64,000 nucleotides of DNA, taken from the NCBI GenBank assembly GCA_965215195.1, contig CBDCDC010000002.1, forward strand, positions 1,312,001-1,376,000. Direction: 5' to 3'. The notes beneath the pieces were generated by a model, which worked only from the letters and a program-made list of their open reading frames with translations, did not search any database and had not been told where the DNA came from. The stretch's first letter is position 1; each line of letters opens with the position of its first letter. The translations under genes were made by a program, and so were the position numbers. This DNA is from Candidatus Latescibacterota bacterium. Its GTDB lineage: Bacteria > Latescibacterota > UBA2968 > UBA8231. This document shows, one piece after another, positions 17,916 to 25,304 of the stretch.

Positions 17916-20225
17916 ATGGCTGCCTTTTCCAGCAAAGACTATCCCAACTACACGGCCGACGGCAAGTACAAGGTCATCGGCACCCGCCCCATCCGCCACG
18001 ACGGCGTCGATAAGGTCACCGGGGCTGCCGTGTACGGGGCCGACGTGCGCCTGCCGGGCCTGCTCTACGGCAAGGTCCTCCGCAGCCCGCACCCCCACGC
18101 CGAGATCCTCTCGATCGACACCTCCAAGGCCCTCGCGCTCAATGGAGTACGCGCCGTGGCCACGGCCGACGACTTGGTCGAGACCGTAGATAAGCTGTCG
18201 CACATTGGCGAAACAACGGTCAATGTGCGCGAGATCGCCAAAAACTCGCTGGCCTCGGGCAAGGTGCTCTATGCGGGCCACGCGGTCGCGGCCGTCTGCG
18301 CGGTCAGCCCCCACATCGCCGAAGAGGCCCTCGACCTAATCGACGTCGAATACAAGGTTTTGCCGCCAGTCGTGGATATCCGCGAGGCCATGCGCGACGA
18401 CGCCCCGCTCCTCGACGAGGAGCGCACCACCCGCGCCCTCGGCGAGGACACCGGCAAGAAGAGCAATATCGCCTCCCACAATCAGCACGCCATGGGCGAC
18501 CTCGCAGCGGGCTTTGCCGAGGCCGACGTGATCGTGGAAAGCGAATTTCACACGGCCACCATTCACCAAGGCTACATTGAGCCGCACAACACGACCGTCT
18601 GGTGGAAGACGGACGGCAGCGTCACCGTGTGGGTGAGCACACAAGGGCCTTTTGAGATCCGCTCGCAGGTCTCGGAAGTCCTCAACGTGCCGGTCTCCAA
18701 GGTCAAGGTCATCCCCTGCGAGATCGGCGGCGGCTTCGGCGGCAAGTTCCCCACCTATATGGAGCCAGCCGCGGCCATTATGTCGCACAAAACCGGCCAG
18801 CCAGTCAAAATGATCATGAGCCGCAGCGAGGTCTTTCAAGGGACGGGCCCGGCCCCCGGCTCCTATATAAAGGTTAAGATGGGGGCCAAAAACGACGGCA
18901 CCATCACCGCGGCCCACTGCTACATGGCCTACGAGGCCGGGGCCTATCCCGGCTCGGCCGTGGGGGCCGGGGCGTCGTGCATTCTCGCGCCGTACAACAT
19001 CGCCAACGTCACCATTGACGCGTACGACGTGGTCGTCAACAAGCCCAAGTCCTCGGCCTACCGCGCCCCCGGGGCACCCAACGCGGCCTTTGCCTCCGAA
19101 AGCGTCATCGACGAACTGGCCGAGAAGATCGGCATAGATCCGCTGGAGATGCGCTTAAAGAACGCTTCCAAAGAGGGGACGCGCCGCGCCGACGGCACGG
19201 TGTACGGGCAGATCGGCTGCGAGCAAACCGTGCAAGCCGCCAAGGACTCGGACCACTACCACAGCAAGCTCGAAGGCCCCTATCGGGGGCGCGGCGTGGC
19301 TGGTGGCTTTTGGTTCAACGGCGGCGGCATGTCTTCGGCCGCCATAGCCGTCAACGACAACGGCACGATCAATCTCACCGAAGGCTCGGTTGACATCGGC
19401 GGCACTCGCGCCGCCATGGCCATGATCGTCGCCGAGACCTTGGGGCTGCGGGCCGAGGACATCAATCCCTCCATCCCGGACACCAGCTCAATTGGCTTCA
19501 CCGGCGGCACCGGCGGCAGCCGCGTGTGCTATGCCACCGGCCACGCCTGCTACAACGCGGCCGAAGACGTCAAGGCCGAGATGTGCCGACGCGCCGCTCG
19601 GCAGCTAGAGGTGGCCGAGGACGACATTGAGTTCGAGGACGGCAGCTTTGTCTGCAAATCCGATCCCGCTCAGCGGCTCACCTTTGCCGAGGTCGCCGCC
19701 AACCAGGGCAGCACCGGCGGCCCGATCACCGGCAAGGGCACGATCAACGCCGGTGGCCCGGGCAACGCCTTCGCCGTTCACCTCGTCGATGTGGAGGTCG
19801 ATCCAGACACCGGCAAGGTCGAGATTTTGCGCTACACTGCGGTGCAAGACGTGGGCAAGGCCATTCATCCCTCGTATGTCGAGGGTCAGATCCAAGGCGG
19901 GGCCGTGCAGGGCATTGGCTGGGCACTCACCGAGGGCTACTTCTACACGGACGATGGCCAGATGGCCAACCCGACCTTCCTCGACTATCGGATGCCCACC
20001 ACCTTTGACATTCCCTTGATCGAGACGATTTTGGTCGAAGTGCCCAATCCGGCCAGCCCGCACGGGATCCGCGGCGTCGGCGAAGTGCCCTTGGTGCCGC
20101 CGATGGCCGCCATTGCCAACGCCATCTACAACGCCATAGGGTGCCGCTTGGGCGAGTTGCCCATGAGTCCGGACCGGGTCGTCGCCGCCTTGCAGGAGCA
20201 TCCGCTCGCGGAGGCGGCTGGCTGA
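17916..20225 (+). CDS. Xanthine dehydrogenase-family molybdopterin-binding large subunit
   Basis: KVTGAAVY, IGGGFGGK, AYRAPG, VEGQIQGG, RGVGE. Confidence 0.93.
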   Translation: MAAFSSKDYPNYTADGKYKVIGTRPIRHDGVDKVTGAAVYGADVRLPGLLYGKVLRSPHPHAEILSIDTSKALALNGVRAVATADDLVETVDKLSHIGETTVNVREIAKNSLASGKVLYAGHAVAAVCAVSPHIAEEALDLIDVEYKVLPPVVDIREAMRDDAPLLDEERTTRALGEDTGKKSNIASHNQHAMGDLAAGFAEADVIVESEFHTATIHQGYIEPHNTTVWWKTDGSVTVWVSTQGPFEIRSQVSEVLNVPVSKVKVIPCEIGGGFGGKFPTYMEPAAAIMSHKTGQPVKMIMSRSEVFQGTGPAPGSYIKVKMGAKNDGTITAAHCYMAYEAGAYPGSAVGAGASCILAPYNIANVTIDAYDVVVNKPKSSAYRAPGAPNAAFASESVIDELAEKIGIDPLEMRLKNASKEGTRRADGTVYGQIGCEQTVQAAKDSDHYHSKLEGPYRGRGVAGGFWFNGGGMSSAAIAVNDNGTINLTEGSVDIGGTRAAMAMIVAETLGLRAEDINPSIPDTSSIGFTGGTGGSRVCYATGHACYNAAEDVKAEMCRRAARQLEVAEDDIEFEDGSFVCKSDPAQRLTFAEVAANQGSTGGPITGKGTINAGGPGNAFAVHLVDVEVDPDTGKVEILRYTAVQDVGKAIHPSYVEGQIQGGAVQGIGWALTEGYFYTDDGQMANPTFLDYRMPTTFDIPLIETILVEVPNPASPHGIRGVGEVPLVPPMAAIANAIYNAIGCRLGELPMSPDRVVAALQEHPLAEAAG

Positions 20226-20250
20226 GGACCCATTGCAGGGCCGCCCACTC

Positions 20251-20293
20251 GCGCCCGGCTTCCTCGCGAGAGGAACCGGGCGCTTTTACTTTT
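20251..20293 (+). terminator. Rho-independent terminator
   Basis: GCGCCCGG(C)TTCCTC-loop-GAGGAACCGGGCGC followed by TTTTACTTTT. Confidence 0.75.
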
Positions 20294-20391
20294 CGCAGTG
20301 GCTTATATGCAGTGCTCCTGCCGCTGTCTTGGTTCGGCGGAGCGCAGGCGCGTCGTCGCAGCGCGAGCCAACGCCCTTGCGCGGCCGGATT

Positions 20392-20416
20392 CTGGATTCC
20401 CGCGTGCGCGGCAATG
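20392..20416. repeat. dRS3-like palindrome
   Basis: CTGGATTCCCGCGTGCGCGGCAATG; one mismatch from the ATTCCC-N8-GGGAAT pattern. Confidence 0.55.
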
Positions 20417-20476
20417 TGGGGAGGCGACCGGAAGCCTCTGACGATAAACGCTGCGTAACGTCCGTTGGTTAGGATT

Positions 20477-21331
20477 ATGGCCGAACACATCGCCCCCGAC
20501 GACTTTATCGACGCGCTGCTCCCGGTCGTCGGCCAGTGCGCCCGCGCCTCCCTGATTTTCTACGGCCAAGTCGCCGACATTGGCAAGGCCGCCGACACGA
20601 GCCTCACCGGCCGCAAGGCGCAGGACGCCTCCACGGCCTTTACGGTCCTCGATGCGGCCGTGCAGGACATCCTCCTCGCGGTTGTGCTAAAGCACTTCCC
20701 GTTTGTGCGCTGCATCGCCGAGGAGCGCACGCCGCTCAAAAAGCACTTTGCCGGCAATGCCTCGCCCTATGCGGTCATCCTCGACCCCATCGACGGCACC
20801 TTGCACTTCAAGCGGGGCGACGCGCCCTATCACATCTCTATAGGGTTGGCCTGCGACGGCCAGATGCTGGCCGCAATTGTCGCACGGCCCTCAGAGGACA
20901 AAGTGTTCACGGCCCTCAAGGGCGAAGGGGCTTGCGTGCGCTTCGGCAACAGCCGCCCCCGTCCCTTGCAACTGCCCGGCGAACCGCGCACGAACAAAGC
21001 CTTCATTTCCTCCAAGGCGCGCCCCTATCAGGCCCTCGCCCGCCCCGCGCTGGACCCGCGCGAAAGCCCCATTGGCGCGGCATTGGTCCTCACCGAGATC
21101 GCCGAGGGTGCGCTATGTGCGTATCTGACGCGCCAAGTCGAAGTCTATGACGTGGGCCCGCCATCGCTGATTGCCGAAGAAGCCGGGGCGCGCTGCTACA
21201 TTGGGGAGCACCGCCGCCCGGTTTATACTCAGCGCCGCAAATTCGGGCATTTCTTGGCGGCCGCTAACGACGAGATCGCCGAACACCTCTTTGCCATCCT
21301 GCGCCGTGTGCGCCGAGGTCAACGACTATGA
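20477..21331 (+). CDS. Inositol monophosphatase family protein
   Basis: IAEE, ILDPIDGTLHF, YDVG..LIAEEAGA. Confidence 0.85.
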   Translation: MAEHIAPDDFIDALLPVVGQCARASLIFYGQVADIGKAADTSLTGRKAQDASTAFTVLDAAVQDILLAVVLKHFPFVRCIAEERTPLKKHFAGNASPYAVILDPIDGTLHFKRGDAPYHISIGLACDGQMLAAIVARPSEDKVFTALKGEGACVRFGNSRPRPLQLPGEPRTNKAFISSKARPYQALARPALDPRESPIGAALVLTEIAEGALCAYLTRQVEVYDVGPPSLIAEEAGARCYIGEHRRPVYTQRRKFGHFLAAANDEIAEHLFAILRRVRRGQRL

Positions 21332-22233
21332 GCTACGAAATCAAAGACGTCCTGCCGGTCGTCCACATGCCGTACACCGACGACCAAGCCATTGATTACG
21401 CCGTATTGGAAAACGAGGTCGATTACCTCTTCGAGACAGGGGCACACGGGTTTTGCCTCGCCTTGGTATCCGACCTGTTGCGCCTGACGGCTGCCGAGCG
21501 GCTGGCGCTTCCGGCCCGGCTAGTGGAGTTCGCCCGCGGGCGCGGGCCGGTCATCATCGGCGTTGGGGCCGAGGGCACGGCCCAGGCCCGGCTCTACGCT
21601 CGCGCTGCCGAAGACAGCGGTGCCGCGGCCGTCATGGCCATTCCGCCGATTTCCCGCGCCTTGGGCGAGAGCGAGTTGCGCGCCTATTTTGCCGCCCTGC
21701 TCGCCGAGGTCTCCATCCCGGTCATGATCCAAGACGCCAGCTCGTATATCGGCAACCCCATGAGCATTGAATTCCAAGCGTCGCTCTTTTGCGACTACGG
21801 CGACCGCATCCTCTTCAAACCCGAGGCCACTCCCTTAGGGCCTTGCATCTCGGCCCTGCGCGAGCACACCGCCGGCCGGGCCGGCATATTTGAAGGCAGC
21901 GGCGGCTTGCTATTGATCGACTCCTTCCGCCGCGGCATTCGCGGGACCATTCCCGGCGTTGAGCTGCTCGACGGCACGGTGGCCCTGTGGCGCGCCCTCG
22001 CAGCCGGCCACGAAGCGCGTGCGTACCAGATCTACTTCCCCATCTGCGCCCTGTGTACTTTGCAGATCCAAGGAGGCTTGGACGGCTTCATCGTGGTCGA
22101 GCGCTACCTAATGCACAAGCGCGGCCTCTTTCCCAACCAAGTCCACCGCGGCCCCCTGAGCTATTTTTTGGACCGGGAAACCTGCGCCGAAATAGACCGT
22201 CTGTTCGAGCGGTTGCAGGAAGTGCTGCGGTAG
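21328..22233 (+). CDS. Dihydrodipicolinate synthase-family aldolase/dehydratase
   Basis: PVMIQDA, LFKPEA (Schiff-base Lys), TIM-barrel DapA-like pattern. Confidence 0.85.
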   Translation: MSYEIKDVLPVVHMPYTDDQAIDYAVLENEVDYLFETGAHGFCLALVSDLLRLTAAERLALPARLVEFARGRGPVIIGVGAEGTAQARLYARAAEDSGAAAVMAIPPISRALGESELRAYFAALLAEVSIPVMIQDASSYIGNPMSIEFQASLFCDYGDRILFKPEATPLGPCISALREHTAGRAGIFEGSGGLLLIDSFRRGIRGTIPGVELLDGTVALWRALAAGHEARAYQIYFPICALCTLQIQGGLDGFIVVERYLMHKRGLFPNQVHRGPLSYFLDRETCAEIDRLFERLQEVLR

Positions 22234-22352
22234 ATTTTGGCAGAGAAATAACGTTGCGGAAGGCGAGGTGAGGAGCGATTTTGTACATGAGCATCTAGGC
22301 ACAGACGGGGTTAGTCGTAAAGCAGCGGATTATAGAAAGAGGAGAACAACAG

Positions 22353-23315
22353 ATGTTTGGCTTAGATATCAAAGTAGCGGAAGAATTTGACGGCGAGGAA
22401 CATGTAGTAATTTTTCATGGAGACTGCATGGATTTGCTCAAGTCCATCCCAGATAATTCAATCCAGTTAGTTGTTACATCGCCTCCGTACAACATAGGCA
22501 AGGAATACGAAAAAAGACTTGATATTGAGACCTACGTAAAACAACAAAGAGAAGTAATAAAGGAATGCGTCCGCATTCTCTCCAACTCTGGCAGTATCTG
22601 TTGGCAAGTGGGCAACTACGTAAACAATGGCTCAATTATCCCTCTCGATACCATTCTCTTTCCTATATTTCAAGAGCAAAATCTCGTTATGAGAAATAGG
22701 ATTGTTTGGCACTTTGAACATGGTCTTCACTGTTCGAGAAGATTTTCCGGGCGTTACGAAACAATAAATTGGTTTACAAAAAAAACAAAAAATTACGTCT
22801 TTAATCTCGACCCTGTACGGGTTCCACAGAAATACCCGGCAAAGAAGTATTTTAGAGGCCCCAAAGCTGGACAGTACTCTTGTAATCCATTGGGAAAGAA
22901 TCCGGGCGACATTTGGGACGTGCCAAATGTTAAAAGCAATCACGTAGAAAAAACCCAACATCCTTGCCAGTATCCAGTTGAATTGATTGAGCGCCTTGTT
23001 TTATCAATGACTAATGAGAATGACTGGGTATTCGATCCGTTCCTTGGGACAGGCACCTCCATTATTGCAGCTATAAAAAACGGTCGCCGAGGTGTTGGAG
23101 CAGAGACAGAAGATAAGTACGTCAAGATCGCCCGCGATAGGGTGCAAAGCGCAATAAACGGAACGTTAAAAACAAGACCAATGAATAAACCTAAATACGA
23201 TCCTGCGGCAAAAAAGAATAAATTAGCCGTGTCGCCTTGGGACCAGAAAGAGAGAAAATCCGATCAGTTGACTTTAATAAAAAAAGAAAAGAGGAGCCGC
23301 CGTGAAGATAATTGA
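22353..23315 (+). CDS. Beta-class amino DNA methyltransferase (probable N4-cytosine, BstYI/BglII-type system)
   Basis: VVTSPPYN, HPCQYP, VFDPFLGTGTS; markedly AT-rich relative to its neighbours. Confidence 0.92.
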   Translation: MFGLDIKVAEEFDGEEHVVIFHGDCMDLLKSIPDNSIQLVVTSPPYNIGKEYEKRLDIETYVKQQREVIKECVRILSNSGSICWQVGNYVNNGSIIPLDTILFPIFQEQNLVMRNRIVWHFEHGLHCSRRFSGRYETINWFTKKTKNYVFNLDPVRVPQKYPAKKYFRGPKAGQYSCNPLGKNPGDIWDVPNVKSNHVEKTQHPCQYPVELIERLVLSMTNENDWVFDPFLGTGTSIIAAIKNGRRGVGAETEDKYVKIARDRVQSAINGTLKTRPMNKPKYDPAAKKNKLAVSPWDQKERKSDQLTLIKKEKRSRREDN

Positions 23316-23433
23316 GAAGTACTCTCATCTAAACGGACTTGAATATCTACTCGTTCATCACCCTGACCTTTGGAAAGAAATAGAGGAGGTCGTTGAGCAA
23401 GTGATGTGCCAACGGTTCCTCTGGTCATCATAG
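23302..23433 (+). pseudogene. N-terminal remnant of a BstYI/BglII-family restriction endonuclease
   Basis: GAGGAG RBS, GTG start: MKIIEKYSHLNGLEYLLVHHPDLWKEIEEVVEQV, then a stop at codon 44. It closely resembles the BstYI N-terminus as I recall it (YSHLNGLEY). Confidence 0.8.
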
Positions 23434-23459
23434 GCATAGAGGAGTGAGGAGAAACTGAC

Positions 23460-23729
23460 GTGCCGTATATCAATTACACTCCTAGCGAGATCGAATTGCA
23501 GGGCGAAGCTATTTATGGGCGACAGATACGTGACAAAGTTGAGTTTGCGCACAAAGGCAAGTTTTTAGTTATCGATATCGAAACAGGTGAATACGAAATT
23601 GACGCCGACGATTTGGTAGCTACGAAACGCCTGCTTGTCAAGTATCCCAACGCCGTCGTCTATGGTTTGCGGATCGGATTTCCAACTGCCTATCGAATAG
23701 GCGCATACTTTTCGGTGGAGACGCGATGA
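23460..23729 (+). CDS. Small hypothetical protein (DUF5678-like), partner of the aspartic protease
   Basis: GEAIY..KGKFLVIDIETGEYEID..YGLRIG; ATGA overlap with the next gene. Confidence 0.7.
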   Translation: MPYINYTPSEIELQGEAIYGRQIRDKVEFAHKGKFLVIDIETGEYEIDADDLVATKRLLVKYPNAVVYGLRIGFPTAYRIGAYFSVETR

Positions 23730-24097
23730 TCAACGGAAAAGTTACGGCCAATAGAGAAGCTGTCATCGAATTAGATGTTATTGGATCAAACCAAAAAAGA
23801 GAAAAAATTGAGGCAGTGATAGACACAGGCTTTGATGGCTACCTGACGTTACCGAGCAACTTGAGCAGTCGCCTTGAACTCCAATTAGCTGGAAATCGCC
23901 GTGCAACTCTCGGAGATGGAAATGTAGTAGTACTGGATGCGTGTTTTGCAAAAACATTATGGCATGGACAAGAACGCGAAGTACTCGTTCTGCAATCCGG
24001 TAGTGTACCTTTGGTTGGTATGTCTTTACTTTACGGAAATCGACTGATATTGGATGTCATCAACGACGGCGATGTCGCCATTGAGCCTCTACCATAA
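23726..24097 (+). CDS. Clan AA (retropepsin-like) aspartic protease
   Basis: AVIDTGFDGYLTLP, LGDG, PLVGMSLL. Confidence 0.85.
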   Translation: MINGKVTANREAVIELDVIGSNQKREKIEAVIDTGFDGYLTLPSNLSSRLELQLAGNRRATLGDGNVVVLDACFAKTLWHGQEREVLVLQSGSVPLVGMSLLYGNRLILDVINDGDVAIEPLP

Positions 24098-24116
24098 ATC
24101 GAGAATCCAACTGCCC

Positions 24117-25283
24117 ATGCTCGACTCAAAGCGCATGCGGGCGGTACAAAGCCCGGTGATTCCGCATGTGGCCGCCCTCATCCGCGACAACCCGGGCACC
24201 ATTTCCCTCGGCCAAGGCGTCGTCCACTACCCGCCGCCACCGCAGGCCATGCAGGCGCTTGCCCGCTTCGGCGGCGCGATTGCCGAACACCACTATCAAG
24301 CCGCCCGCGGCCTGCCCGAACTCAGGGACGAACTGCGCCAAAAACTCGCGTCCGAGAATCAAATTGAGGTGACCAACGACCAAGTCCTGATGGTCACGGC
24401 CGGCTCCAACATGGGCTTTTACCACGCTGTGCTCGCCGTTGCCGACCCGGGCGATGAAATCGTCGTGATGTCGCCCTTTTACTTCAACCACGAAATGGCC
24501 GTGGCCATGGCCAATTGCCGGGCCGTGCTCGTGGCTACAGACGATGCCTATCAGCTCAACCTCGACGCGATTGAGGCCGCGATCACGGGGCGCACCCGCG
24601 CCATTGTCACCATCTCGCCCAACAACCCAACGGGCGCGGTCTATCGGCCCGCGGACGTGGCCGCGGTCAATCGGCTCTGCCGCGAGCGGGGTCTCTACCA
24701 CTTTGCCGACGAGGCGTACGAGTACTTCACCTATGGCGCGGCCCGGCACTTTTCGCCCGGCTCACTGCCCGAAAGCGCCGCGCACACCATCTCGCTCTTT
24801 TCCTTTTCTAAGGCATACGGCCTCGCCAGTTGGCGAGTCGGCTACCTCGTGGCCCCGCGGCACCTGCTAGGCGCACTAGAAAAGATCCAAGACACTGTGC
24901 TCATCTGCCCGCCGGTCATTTCGCAACGCGCCGCGCTCGGCGCACTCGCAGCCGGAGCCGCGTACTGCAAGGAGCATCTAGCGGGTATGGATGCGGTGCG
25001 CCGGCTCTGCCTAGAGCGGCTCGGCGCACTTGGCGAGCGAGTGCAAGTGCCTGCGGCCGAAGGAGCTTTTTATTTATTAGCGCGTCTGCAAACCGATCTC
25101 GACGCCATGGACGTGGTCGCTCGCTTGGTGCGGGAACACAAGGTCGCGGTCATCCCCGGCAATGCCTTCGGACTGAGCGCGGACTGCTATTTGCGCGTGG
25201 CCTACGGTGCCCTGCGCCAAGAGGACGTGGCCGAGGGCATGGATCGCCTCGTCGGGGGCTTGGAGCAAATTCTCTGCGCTTGA
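24117..25283 (+). CDS. PLP-dependent aminotransferase class I/II
   Basis: SLGQG, SPNNPTG, DEAY, SFSKAYGLASWRVGY. Confidence 0.93.
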   Translation: MLDSKRMRAVQSPVIPHVAALIRDNPGTISLGQGVVHYPPPPQAMQALARFGGAIAEHHYQAARGLPELRDELRQKLASENQIEVTNDQVLMVTAGSNMGFYHAVLAVADPGDEIVVMSPFYFNHEMAVAMANCRAVLVATDDAYQLNLDAIEAAITGRTRAIVTISPNNPTGAVYRPADVAAVNRLCRERGLYHFADEAYEYFTYGAARHFSPGSLPESAAHTISLFSFSKAYGLASWRVGYLVAPRHLLGALEKIQDTVLICPPVISQRAALGALAAGAAYCKEHLAGMDAVRRLCLERLGALGERVQVPAAEGAFYLLARLQTDLDAMDVVARLVREHKVAVIPGNAFGLSADCYLRVAYGALRQEDVAEGMDRLVGGLEQILCA

Positions 25284-25304
25284 CATGGTGGATTATTTAG
25301 GCGT

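Noticed and set aside
17916-20225. Aerobic CO dehydrogenase CoxL
   Set aside because: The active-site loop is AYRAPG, not AYxCSFR (form I) or AYRGAGR (form II).
22300-24100. Integron cassette array or prophage
   Set aside because: No integrase, attC-like sites or phage genes seen around the low-GC islets.
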